Source: Patescibacteria group bacterium
GTDB lineage: Bacteria; Patescibacteriota; Microgenomatia; UBA1400; PJMF01
Length of the DNA stretch: 44,406 bases
NCBI GenBank assembly: GCA_039714855.1
Contig: JBDLIL010000002.1
Coordinates: forward strand, 1 to 44,406
Reading direction: 5' to 3'
A program made the translations under genes and the position numbers. How positions within the stretch are numbered: the first letter of the stretch is position 1; each line of letters starts with the position of its first letter. Below, piece after piece: positions 25,998 to 35,163 of this stretch. The notes below the pieces were generated by a model, which did not search any database, was not told the DNA's origin, and saw nothing but the letters and a program-made list of their open reading frames with translations.

Positions 25998-27053
25998 ATG
26001 AAAAAACTAAAAATTAAAATTGATACCAGTCCTCTCTCTACGGGTCACGCCATCAGGGGGATTGGGGTTTACACAAGGCTTTTGACAAAGTATTTAGAAA
26101 AAATTCCAAGTATCAGGATACTCAAAACTCATGATTTTAAAGAAAAATCAGACTTAATTCACTACCCTTATTTTGACTTATATTTTAATTCACTACCCTT
26201 ATTTTCAAAACAAAAGAGTATTGTAACTATTCATGATCTAATCCCATTGAAATTTCCAGATAAATATAAACCCGGAAAAAAAGGCTCTTTGATATTTAAG
26301 AAACAAAAACTAGCTTTAAGAAGAATAGATGCTATCGTCACCGACTCTCAGGCTTCAAAAACCGATATTGTGAACTTGCTAGATGTAAGTGCTGAAAAAG
26401 TTCATGTAGTTTATTTGGCAGGCAATCCAAATATCAAGAAAAAAAATAAAAAAGAAGTTGACAAAATTAAAATAAAATACAGTTTACCTAAAAAATACAT
26501 TCTATATGTGGGAGATATTAATTATAATAAAAATATTCCCCAATTAATTAAAGCGACCAGATTATTGCCTGAAGATGTTTGCCTTGTTTGTGTGGGTAAG
26601 AATTTTCGCCCTCAAACAATTCCCGAATGGCAGGCGATTGAATCACAAATTGCTCTCAGTAATGTTGAAGAGAAGGTTAAATTTTTAACCCAAATTACTG
26701 GTGATGCTGATCATGAGTTGTCAGCTTTGTACACTGGAGCGTTGGCATACGTACAAGCCTCTTTATATGAAGGTTTTGGCTTACCGGTTTTAGAAGCAAT
26801 GCAATGTCGAACTCCAGTAGTTTGTAGCAAAAATTCTTCATTAATAGAAGTAGGAGGAAAGCATGTTGTTTTTTCAAAATTTGATTACGAATCACTAGCT
26901 GAAAATATTAATCATTTACTATCATGGTCAAAAACAAAAAGAGAGAATTGGGCAAGGGACGCATATAAATGGAGTCAAAAGTTCTCGTGGGAAAAAACTG
27001 CCAAAAATACAATAAAAGTTTATAAAAAAGTACTCTTAAATCATGATTCATAG
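25998..27053 (+). CDS. GT4 (GT-B fold) glycosyltransferase
   Basis: GIGVYTR N-terminal motif and the E-x7-E region ASLYEGFGLPVLEAMQCRTPVV. Confidence 0.78.
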   Translation: MKKLKIKIDTSPLSTGHAIRGIGVYTRLLTKYLEKIPSIRILKTHDFKEKSDLIHYPYFDLYFNSLPLFSKQKSIVTIHDLIPLKFPDKYKPGKKGSLIFKKQKLALRRIDAIVTDSQASKTDIVNLLDVSAEKVHVVYLAGNPNIKKKNKKEVDKIKIKYSLPKKYILYVGDINYNKNIPQLIKATRLLPEDVCLVCVGKNFRPQTIPEWQAIESQIALSNVEEKVKFLTQITGDADHELSALYTGALAYVQASLYEGFGLPVLEAMQCRTPVVCSKNSSLIEVGGKHVVFSKFDYESLAENINHLLSWSKTKRENWARDAYKWSQKFSWEKTAKNTIKVYKKVLLNHDS

Positions 27054-28716
27054 TTTAAGATTCAGGAATGTTTTGTTAGTTCTCGTTGTTGCTGTACTAA
27101 CTTTTATTAATACAAGAGTTTTTTTTCATACTGGGTTTCCCTATACTCATGATGGCGAAAATCATTTAGCTCGTTTTGCCAATTACAAGATCGCGATCAG
27201 GGAGGGTCAGTTTCCACCACGCTTTGCTCCCAATCTGATGAATCATTATGGTTATCCTGTTTTTAATTATAACTATCCTTTAGCAAATATTTTGTCTTTG
27301 CCTTTTTCATTTCTGAAAATAAATTATGAGATAACGTTTAGAATTTTAGTTGCTGCTTTTCTCATATTTGGATTTTGGGGAGTTAATAAATGGTTAGAAT
27401 CTTTGGGTTTTAAGCACAAATCAAAATTGTTTGGAATTAGTGTTTTTACTTTGTCGCCATACTTATTATCCACAATAGTTTTTAGAGGAAATATTGGTGA
27501 AATTATGGCAATGATGTTATTGCCATACTTATTCTATCTTGTAGAGCAAATTAAAAACAATAAATTAAAAATCAAAAGCTTGGGTTTTTTAATGGCAATT
27601 TTATTAACCAGTATGTTTATGCTCTCTCACAATGTTACTGTTCTTTTTGGCATATCGCTACTCTTTTTATACGCAGCTATTCGCTTTGCTAAGAATATTA
27701 ATTTTTGGAAAATTTTTTTACTTTTTAATTTTTATTCTTTAGGCTTAACACTTTGGTTTTGGTTGCCAGCTATAATTGAAAAAAATCAAATTATTTTAGA
27801 TGATGCCAGTCTTTCAAAGGGTTTTGCTGATCACTTTCCCACTTTAAGACAGTTGATTTTTTCGCCACTTGAATTTGGTTTTTCTCAGCTTGGTTCCATT
27901 GATTCATTTGGATATTCACTGGGATTTTTGCAATTAATAATTTTACTTTTAAGCCCAATACTAATGATTAAATTAATAAATAAAAAGAGATTTAAAAAAA
28001 ATTATTTATATTTTACTTTTTATTTTTTAATCTTCTTTCTTACTCTATTTCAACTTAAGTTTACTCAGGCAATTTGGTTGAAGTTGCCGCTAGTTAATTT
28101 TATTCAATTCCCGTGGAGACTAAGCCTTCTTATTACTGTCTTAATTGCTCCACTAGCAGCATTTATTTTTAAAATTACTAATAACAAATTGCGTTTTTGT
28201 TTATTATTAATAGCTTTAATACAAGCTAACTACTTTGTAAAAATAAGAGCTGTAGATTACTTTCATAAGAATAATATTGATTATGATGCTTTTTCACAAA
28301 GCAGCACTACTGCAAATGAAAATCTGCCTAAAAATTTTAAATACAAGCAAATTGATTGGCAACCGGGTCCAAAAATAATTAGCGGAGAGGGTGAAGTAAA
28401 CGTAGAATACTGGAAAGGCTCTGATCGCAAATATCAGTTAAGTTTAAATAAAGAAAGTATAATTGTTGAACCAACTATGTATTATTTGGGCTGGGAGACT
28501 TATACGAAAAACAACGACCAAAATAAAATAAAAGTTAACTATTTGGATAATGACGAAATTCAGGGCAGAATAGCTTATTTTTTGCCAGCTGGCAGTTATG
28601 AAATAAGATCAAAATTTACTCAAAACACTTGGGCCAGGATAGCTGGAAATTCGATTAGCATTTTTAGCTTTTTAGGAATAGTTGTTTATTATCTATATGG
28701 CAAAACCAGAACTTAA
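27043..28716 (+). CDS. Polytopic membrane protein, YfhO / PTPS-related-type GT-C candidate (paralogue of 8096-9802)
   Basis: YTHDGENHLARFANYKIAIREGQFPPRF...HYGYPVFNYNYPL, IQFPWRLS and a C-terminal YYLGWETY...LPAGSYEIRSKF module plus a terminal transmembrane segment. Confidence 0.55.
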   Translation: MIHSLRFRNVLLVLVVAVLTFINTRVFFHTGFPYTHDGENHLARFANYKIAIREGQFPPRFAPNLMNHYGYPVFNYNYPLANILSLPFSFLKINYEITFRILVAAFLIFGFWGVNKWLESLGFKHKSKLFGISVFTLSPYLLSTIVFRGNIGEIMAMMLLPYLFYLVEQIKNNKLKIKSLGFLMAILLTSMFMLSHNVTVLFGISLLFLYAAIRFAKNINFWKIFLLFNFYSLGLTLWFWLPAIIEKNQIILDDASLSKGFADHFPTLRQLIFSPLEFGFSQLGSIDSFGYSLGFLQLIILLLSPILMIKLINKKRFKKNYLYFTFYFLIFFLTLFQLKFTQAIWLKLPLVNFIQFPWRLSLLITVLIAPLAAFIFKITNNKLRFCLLLIALIQANYFVKIRAVDYFHKNNIDYDAFSQSSTTANENLPKNFKYKQIDWQPGPKIISGEGEVNVEYWKGSDRKYQLSLNKESIIVEPTMYYLGWETYTKNNDQNKIKVNYLDNDEIQGRIAYFLPAGSYEIRSKFTQNTWARIAGNSISIFSFLGIVVYYLYGKTRT

Positions 28717-29863
28717 AAAGTTAAGCATATTATTTTTAGTTTGGCGAACTTCTTTGTTTATTATTGGATTTTTGGCACAAAAAGCTTTGCCCTATGATCC
28801 CAGCTTTCCTTATTCCGAAATCATTCTGGCAAAGTCAAATTTGCCTATTTGGCTTTATTCATGGGCCAACTTTGATGGAGTGCACTACTTAACAATAGTT
28901 AGGGAAGGATATTTTGGAACTGGATTAATACAAGCATTTTTCCCTTTGTTTCCAATTTTAGTTAAGCTAATCAGCTTACTAGTAACAAGTAAAGTTTTAG
29001 CTGGCTTAATAATCTCAAATTTATTTTTATTTTTATTTTTTTACATATGGTTTATTTTTGCCAAAGAGGAATGGGGTAAAAAAATTGCTCACTTAAGCTT
29101 ATTTACAATCATGCTTTTTCCAACAAGTTTTTTTATGGGATCTTTATACACAGAATCACTATTTTTATTTTTAATTACTTCTTCATTTTTTTCAGCTAAA
29201 AGAAAAAACTGGGCGTTAGCTGGAGTATTTGCTGCCCTAGCTTCTGCTACTAGAGTAGTTGGCATATTATTAGTGCCGTCCCTATTGATAGAGTTGCTAA
29301 ATCAAAATTATCAAAAACGAATTATTCCAAGCTTGGTAAATATCTTGAAAACTAAAAAGAAAGAAATGCTTTGGATATTTTCTGGTAGTTTGGGGTTAGT
29401 AATATACATGCTTTATTTAAATTATAAATTTTATGACCCACTTTACTTCTTTCATGTCCAATCAGAATTTGGCGGCGGTAGACAAGAGTCTCTGATTTTA
29501 TATCCGCAAGTAGTTTTTAGATACATAAAAATTCTGCTTACTTATAGACCAATTAACTTAAGCTATTATGCTTATGTTCAAGAATTTTTAATTAGCACTT
29601 TAGGATTAATTGCCCTAATATTTTCCTATAAATATGTCAGAAAATCTTTTCTATTCTTTGCTCTAGCTGCTTTTTTTGTACCCACACTCACGGGTACATT
29701 TTCTAGTATGCCGAGATATATTTTAGTTTCTTTTCCCATTTTTATTTATTTGGCAAAATTATTAGAGAAGAAAACAAAATTAAAAATTTTATATTTCAGC
29801 ATATCGACATTACTGCTGATTTTTAATACCATTTTGTTTATTCAGGGATATTGGGTAGCCTAA
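28697..29863 (+). CDS. Polytopic membrane protein, PIG-V/Gpi18 (GT76)-like mannosyltransferase family
   Basis: WANFDGVHYLTIVREGY...QAFFPLFPIL matches the W-x-x-W/F-D-x-x-x-Y-x-x-I-x-x-x-GY...AFFPL signature. I prefer the ATG at 28697 over the TTG at 28682. Confidence 0.5.
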   Translation: MAKPELKKLSILFLVWRTSLFIIGFLAQKALPYDPSFPYSEIILAKSNLPIWLYSWANFDGVHYLTIVREGYFGTGLIQAFFPLFPILVKLISLLVTSKVLAGLIISNLFLFLFFYIWFIFAKEEWGKKIAHLSLFTIMLFPTSFFMGSLYTESLFLFLITSSFFSAKRKNWALAGVFAALASATRVVGILLVPSLLIELLNQNYQKRIIPSLVNILKTKKKEMLWIFSGSLGLVIYMLYLNYKFYDPLYFFHVQSEFGGGRQESLILYPQVVFRYIKILLTYRPINLSYYAYVQEFLISTLGLIALIFSYKYVRKSFLFFALAAFFVPTLTGTFSSMPRYILVSFPIFIYLAKLLEKKTKLKILYFSISTLLLIFNTILFIQGYWVA

Positions 29864-29872
29864 TTTTTTAAT

Positions 29873-29878
29873 AAGGAG
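29873..29878 (+). promoter_or_regulatory. Shine-Dalgarno sequence AAGGAG, 5 nt before the ATG at 29884
   Basis: This is the clearest SD-like motif I noticed at the gene starts I inspected; several of those starts show no SD. Confidence 0.6.
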
Positions 29879-29883
29879 AAATA

Positions 29884-30801
29884 ATGAAAATAATTGTTAC
29901 AGGGGGCTCTGGTTTTCTTGGAAAACACCTACAGCGTGCTTTAATAAAAGCTGGCCACAGTGTAAAAAATATTGATCTTAAAGAAAATGCTGAATTTGAT
30001 ACTACAGTCGCTGATGTTAGAGATCAAAATCAAATGTTGGCAGAAATCAAAGATGCAGATTTGGTTTTTCACCTAGCATCTCTTATAGAAGCTGGTGATT
30101 CAGTTAAAAATCCTCAAAAGTACATTGATTACAATATCACTGGCTCAGTTTCTGTATTGGAAGCCATGAGACAAAATGAGATAAAAACTTTTATATTTTC
30201 TTCTAGTGCAGCCATTTATGGTGAAGCAGAAAAAATTCCTATTCAAGAAGACGATAGAACCATACCTATTAATCCATATGGCATGACCAAGCTGGCTATG
30301 GAAGCCCTGCTTTCATCATATGTTCAAGCTCATGGTTTTACCGGCATAGCCCTGAGGTATTTTAATCTCTATGGTCCAGGAGAAGATCATCAGCCCGAGA
30401 CTCATGCTATACCCAGATTTATAAAACAAATCCACGAAGGCAGTGAAGTAACTGTTTGGGGAAATGGCCAACATAAAAGAGATTATGTTTATATAGACGA
30501 TATCGTAGATGCTCATCTTAAAGCAATAGATTTAGCTCAAAATCAGAGTCAAAAGTATCACTACATGAATCTATCTACTCAAAAACCAAATTCCGTATCA
30601 GAAATTGTTGGGTTAATTGAAAACATAATTGGAAAAACAGCAAATATAAGAAATTTCCCTGAAAGACCCGGAGACCCCTTGGTTTTAACAGCTGATGCCA
30701 GCAAAGCAAAAGAACTTTTAAAATGGGAAACAAAAATAGATATTTCTACTGGACTTAAGCAGACAGTGGACTATTTTCTTAAATTATGGGAATCTAATTA
30801 G
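29884..30801 (+). CDS. NAD-dependent sugar epimerase, UDP-glucose 4-epimerase (GalE)-like SDR
   Basis: VTGGSGFLGKHL, SSSAAIYG, YGMTKLAME (YxxxK) and RYFNLYGPGE motifs. Confidence 0.6.
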   Translation: MKIIVTGGSGFLGKHLQRALIKAGHSVKNIDLKENAEFDTTVADVRDQNQMLAEIKDADLVFHLASLIEAGDSVKNPQKYIDYNITGSVSVLEAMRQNEIKTFIFSSSAAIYGEAEKIPIQEDDRTIPINPYGMTKLAMEALLSSYVQAHGFTGIALRYFNLYGPGEDHQPETHAIPRFIKQIHEGSEVTVWGNGQHKRDYVYIDDIVDAHLKAIDLAQNQSQKYHYMNLSTQKPNSVSEIVGLIENIIGKTANIRNFPERPGDPLVLTADASKAKELLKWETKIDISTGLKQTVDYFLKLWESN

Positions 30802-30834
30802 TAATTCTTGCCCTCCTGAGTTTAAATTTATTTT

Positions 30835-31500
30835 ATGAAAAATTCCATTTGGGTTGTCATGCCCGGATTTAATGAAGAAAAATATATAAAAACTATTCTG
30901 GGTAAAACAAAGGCAATTACCAAAAATATAGTTTTCGTTGATGATGGCTCTAGTGATAAGACTTATCAAATAGCTTGCAAACAAGTTAAGCATACTTTGA
31001 AGCACAAGATAAATTTGGGCAAGGGAGCAGCCATGAAAACAGGATGCGAATATGCCTTTTCTGAACTTGGAGCTTCCAATGTAATTATGATGGACTCAGA
31101 CGATCAGCATGATCCCAAAGAGTTAAGTTTGTTTTTCAAAAAAATTAAAAATGGCGATAAATTGATCTTTGGCATTCGAAAAATTGATAAAACTATGCCT
31201 ATCTTTAAAAGATTAGCCAATAGAGCTTTGTCATACTTACTGTTAATATTATTTGGCAGATTTATTCCTGATATACCTTCAGGATATAAAGCTTTTTCAA
31301 AAACTGTTTACAGACAAATTTCTTGGGGAGCCAGTGGCTATGAAGTCGAGGCTGAAATAGCAGCTAGATCGGCTCGCTATAAAATACCATTCAGCACTGT
31401 TTGCATTAGTACGATATATCATGATATGAATAAAGGCATGAGTTTTTTAGATGCTTTAAAGTTAGCTAGCCCCATATTTAGCTGGAGACTTACTTTATGA
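30835..31500 (+). CDS. Small GT2, polyprenyl-phosphate sugar synthase-like (GtrB/Dpm1 type)
   Basis: VVMPGFNEEKYI, VDDGSSDKT, GKGAAMKTG, MMDSDDQHDP and PSGYKAF motifs. Confidence 0.65.
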   Translation: MKNSIWVVMPGFNEEKYIKTILGKTKAITKNIVFVDDGSSDKTYQIACKQVKHTLKHKINLGKGAAMKTGCEYAFSELGASNVIMMDSDDQHDPKELSLFFKKIKNGDKLIFGIRKIDKTMPIFKRLANRALSYLLLILFGRFIPDIPSGYKAFSKTVYRQISWGASGYEVEAEIAARSARYKIPFSTVCISTIYHDMNKGMSFLDALKLASPIFSWRLTL

Positions 31501-31835
31501 CAATTTTTCAGTTAACTGCTGTTTTTTTTGCCCTGTTTATGTCTTATGTGGTAACAATAAAACACAAGAAGCAAGTTTTAAATTCTTTGGAATTAAGCTT
31601 TTGGCTTTCGATTTGGGGTCTTTTTGTAATTTTTGCCGCGTTTCCTAATTTGCTTTTAGATATGACTGATATTTTGCATTTTTCTAGAGTCTTTGATTTA
31701 TTAGTAGTAGTAGCATTTATGGTTTTATCTATTTTGATTTTTAAAAGCTATTTTGATCAAAAAGAATTAAACAAAAAAATTGAAGATTTGGTTAGACAAG
31801 ATTCAATTTCAGAACTTAAAAAAAGAACTGCTTAG
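31497..31835 (+). CDS. Small membrane protein, DUF2304-like
   Basis: ATGA overlap with the upstream GT2. Three hydrophobic helices plus a charged helical tail. Size, topology and GT2 synteny are as seen for DUF2304 proteins. Confidence 0.5.
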   Translation: MTIFQLTAVFFALFMSYVVTIKHKKQVLNSLELSFWLSIWGLFVIFAAFPNLLLDMTDILHFSRVFDLLVVVAFMVLSILIFKSYFDQKELNKKIEDLVRQDSISELKKRTA

Positions 31836-31844
31836 TAATTTTTT

Positions 31845-32627
31845 ATGCAATTTAACATAGTTACTCCTTCATATAATCAAGATAAATTTCTTGTCAAAAC
31901 TATTCTTAGTGTTTTGAGTCAAAAGGGAGGGTTTAAATTAAATTATCAAGTGATGGATGGAGGCTCAACTGATGCTAGTAAAGAAATTTTAAAAATCTTT
32001 AAAAAAAAACTGAAGTATGAATCAAAAAAAGACAAAGGACAAAGTGATGCGATTAATAAAGGCATAGCAAAATTTAAAAAAATAAGTAAATCAAAAAAAG
32101 CTATTTTTGCTTTTATCAATTCAGATGATTATTATTTACCCGGTGCTTTTAAAAAAGTTATTGAGGTATTTAAAAAAAATCCAAACAAAATGTGGCTGAT
32201 TGGAGACTGTAAAATAATTGATGAAAATAATAAAGAAATTCAAACTTTAATCAAAATTTACAAAAAACTTCTTCGCTTTTTACCACTTACTTGGACTTTG
32301 TCGATATTAAATCCCATTGCTCAACCAGCTGTTTTTATTCGTCAAGAAGCTGTAGAAAAAATTGGCTTACTTGACAACAAGTTAAATTTCACGATGGATT
32401 ATAAATACTGGCTAGAACTTCTTAGAGAATTTAATGAACCCATTAAGCTGCGAGATGAATTGTCTGCTTTTAGAATACACAATAAATCTAAGGGTGGGGC
32501 TAACTATGAAGAACAATTTAATGAAGAGTTGCAAGTAGCAAAAAATTATGTAAAACATCCCTTGCTTTTAACATTGCATAAATGGCATAACAATATAATC
32601 ATCAGTATTTATAAATTTATTAAATGA
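31845..32627 (+). CDS. GT2 glycosyltransferase
   Basis: FNIVTPSYNQDKFL, MDGGSTDAS, DKGQSDAINKG and NSDDYY motifs. Confidence 0.72.
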   Translation: MQFNIVTPSYNQDKFLVKTILSVLSQKGGFKLNYQVMDGGSTDASKEILKIFKKKLKYESKKDKGQSDAINKGIAKFKKISKSKKAIFAFINSDDYYLPGAFKKVIEVFKKNPNKMWLIGDCKIIDENNKEIQTLIKIYKKLLRFLPLTWTLSILNPIAQPAVFIRQEAVEKIGLLDNKLNFTMDYKYWLELLREFNEPIKLRDELSAFRIHNKSKGGANYEEQFNEELQVAKNYVKHPLLLTLHKWHNNIIISIYKFIK

Positions 32628-33568
32628 GAAATACCAAAAAATTTTGGAGGAAACAACGAGTTTTAATTACCGGTGGTCATGGTTTTTTGGGATCACATTT
32701 AGTTAAAATCCTTAAAAAATTTTCCCCCAAAGAAATAAACTCACCTCGTCATGTAGATTGTGATTTAAGAGATAAAAGCAATTGTGAATTGGCAGTAAAA
32801 AATATTGATTTAGTAATTCATTTGGCGGCTAATGTCGGTGGTATTGGTTACAATCAAAAATTTCCTGGCAGTCTTTTTTATGACAACTTAATAATGGGAA
32901 CTCAGTTATTAGAAGCAGCTCGAAAAAGTAAGGTAAAAAAATTTGTTAGTTTGGGAACTATTTGCGCATACCCAAAATTCACTCCAATTCCATTCCAAGA
33001 AAAAAATTTATGGGCTGGTTATCCAGAAGAAACTAATGCTCCTTATGGTTTGGCGAAAAAAATGCTTTTAGTTCAAGGTCAAGCTTACAGACAAGAATAT
33101 GCCTTCAACTCAATTTATTTATTACCTGTAAACATGTATGGTCCTGCTGATAATTTTAATCCTCAATCATCACATGTTGTTCCCGCCTTAATAAGAAAGT
33201 TTGTCAATGCTAAAAAAAATAAACAGAAGACTGTCACTATTTGGGGCACTGGCAGACCAACAAGGGAATTTTTATATGTTAAAGATGCAGCCAAAGGAAT
33301 TTTGTTGGCTAGTGAACACTATGATGGGCAAGATCCTATTAACCTGGGTTCAAGCTTTGAAATTTCTATCAGAGAATTAGCTGAAAACATAAAAAAGCTT
33401 TCAGGGTTTAAGGGCAAATTAGTGTTCGATAAAAGCAAGCCTGATGGCCAAGCAAGAAGAAAACTTGATGTCAGCAAAGCTAAGCAAGAATTTGGATTTG
33501 AGTCAGAAATCAATTTCGAAACTGGGTTAAAAGAAACTATTGATTGGTATAAAAAGCATGGAAGTTGA
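32624..33568 (+). CDS. fcl: GDP-L-fucose synthase (GDP-4-keto-6-deoxymannose 3,5-epimerase/4-reductase)
   Basis: AANVGGI...FYDNLIMGTQLLEAA, LGTICAYPK, TNAPYGLAKK and PVNMYGPADNFNPQSSHVVPALIRKF align motif-for-motif with Fcl/WcaG. Confidence 0.85.
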   Translation: MRNTKKFWRKQRVLITGGHGFLGSHLVKILKKFSPKEINSPRHVDCDLRDKSNCELAVKNIDLVIHLAANVGGIGYNQKFPGSLFYDNLIMGTQLLEAARKSKVKKFVSLGTICAYPKFTPIPFQEKNLWAGYPEETNAPYGLAKKMLLVQGQAYRQEYAFNSIYLLPVNMYGPADNFNPQSSHVVPALIRKFVNAKKNKQKTVTIWGTGRPTREFLYVKDAAKGILLASEHYDGQDPINLGSSFEISIRELAENIKKLSGFKGKLVFDKSKPDGQARRKLDVSKAKQEFGFESEINFETGLKETIDWYKKHGS

Positions 33569-34202
33569 AAAGAACATTGTAATTAGCATTGAGTCTCCTT
33601 GGAAACTTTATAATGAAGTTGTAAGGTTTTTATGTTATCCCTTAGCAAGATTACAGTTTGCTTTAGCAGGAATTAAATGGGGAAATAATTGGAAAATATA
33701 TGGATTGCCCATTTTGCAAATTACTAGGGGCTCTAAAGTAAGCATTGCTGATAACTTAGAATTAAGATCGACCAAATTGAGCAACCCACTAAGTCCATTT
33801 CACCCTGTGTTTATTAGCACTCGTTCACCTCAAGCCAAACTTAAGATTGGGCATAACTTTAGCATGACGGGAGGCTCATTAGTGGCCGCAAAAAAAATTA
33901 GCATTGGTGATCAAGTAATGATTGGGGCCAATTGTTTGATCACTGACACTGATTTTCATCCACTTGATTCTCAACAAAGAAAAGAGCAGCCTCAGGCTGG
34001 AAAAAAAGCTGCTATTAAGATCGGCAATGACGTTTTTATTGGCACCCAAGCTATTTTATTAAAAGGTAGTCAAATTGCCGCAAAATCGGTTATTGGTGCT
34101 CGAGCAGTAGTGACTAAAAAATTTGTTAAAAAATCAACTCTAATTGGCAATCCTGCCAAAATATTAAAACCGATTAATGAAATTCAAAAAAAAATTAGTT
34201 AA
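33558..34202 (+). CDS. Hexapeptide-repeat (left-handed beta-helix) O-acetyltransferase, WbbJ/WcaF/LacA-like
   Basis: Imperfect hexapeptide repeats: ISIGDQVMIGANCLITDTDFH, IKIGNDVFIGTQAILLKGSQIAAKSVIGARAVV. I prefer the ATG at 33558 over the TTG at 33540. Confidence 0.75.
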   Translation: MEVEKNIVISIESPWKLYNEVVRFLCYPLARLQFALAGIKWGNNWKIYGLPILQITRGSKVSIADNLELRSTKLSNPLSPFHPVFISTRSPQAKLKIGHNFSMTGGSLVAAKKISIGDQVMIGANCLITDTDFHPLDSQQRKEQPQAGKKAAIKIGNDVFIGTQAILLKGSQIAAKSVIGARAVVTKKFVKKSTLIGNPAKILKPINEIQKKIS

Positions 34203-35163
34203 AACATCAGTATTTTTATTTCCGTATACAGCTACCTTGGCATACTCTTTTATTTTATTGGAAACTTACACTTACCCCGGATTAATGCTGAAATCAACTT
34301 TTATAGATCTGAAAATCCTTATATTATTTTCACTAGTCTTAGGCTTTGTTTCAACTTTTCCAATTCCTTCGTACAATTATAAAAGTGAGGCAATAAAGGT
34401 TTTGTTTGTAGTCAATCGACTAATTTTACCCGTCTTAATATTTTTTTATTATATATTGCTTTTATCAAGTCAGAATAAATATCCAAACTATATTTTTGCA
34501 ACCTATCACATACACACACAAAGAATTAAATTAATGATTGTGTTTAATCTTGGTCTGCTAGGCATTGATATTTTTAGTGGCAATTCAAAACAAATATGGA
34601 ACTTATTACTAAAGCAATATAGAAAAAAACAATATTCTTTTTTTATAAGTATTTTGACAATTTTTTTAATCTTCTTATATTTTTTAGGCAACATTTTTAT
34701 TTTTGCTCAGCATATAATGCAAAATTATCAATTAATATTGAAGCAACCTCTGGCTACTCATGAAGAAAAAAGTAGATATGCACTAAGTGATTATGGTTAT
34801 TTTAATTTTTTAGCTGACTATAGTGATGACAACGCCATCATTGCCATTCCACCTCAAATGAGCCCTTGGTACACAGTAGGAAATGGAGGATATCTTAGAT
34901 ATTTTACTTACCCCAAAAAAGTAATTAACAGTTCTTTAGATGGTCCATTACCGGTAGAAGCAAATTATGCTGTGATTGCTAAAGGAAGTTGGGATCCGGG
35001 TGATGATGAGCTTTACGGCTGGCCAAAAATAAAATTCGAGGCAGAAAAAATTTGGTATTTTGATAGAGAAACTAACAAAATTACAGAATCTGAGAAAACA
35101 TTTTTTGATCCTACAGATAAAAATAATAAATATAAATGGGGCTTAATTAAACTTAAAAAATGA
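34177..35163 (+). CDS. Hypothetical membrane protein: N-terminal multi-transmembrane region plus a C-terminal ~130-aa soluble domain
   Basis: Long ORF in the operon frame that overlaps both neighbours. There is no motif I recognise. Confidence 0.5.
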   Translation: MKFKKKLVKTSVFLFPYTATLAYSFILLETYTYPGLMLKSTFIDLKILILFSLVLGFVSTFPIPSYNYKSEAIKVLFVVNRLILPVLIFFYYILLLSSQNKYPNYIFATYHIHTQRIKLMIVFNLGLLGIDIFSGNSKQIWNLLLKQYRKKQYSFFISILTIFLIFLYFLGNIFIFAQHIMQNYQLILKQPLATHEEKSRYALSDYGYFNFLADYSDDNAIIAIPPQMSPWYTVGNGGYLRYFTYPKKVINSSLDGPLPVEANYAVIAKGSWDPGDDELYGWPKIKFEAEKIWYFDRETNKITESEKTFFDPTDKNNKYKWGLIKLKK

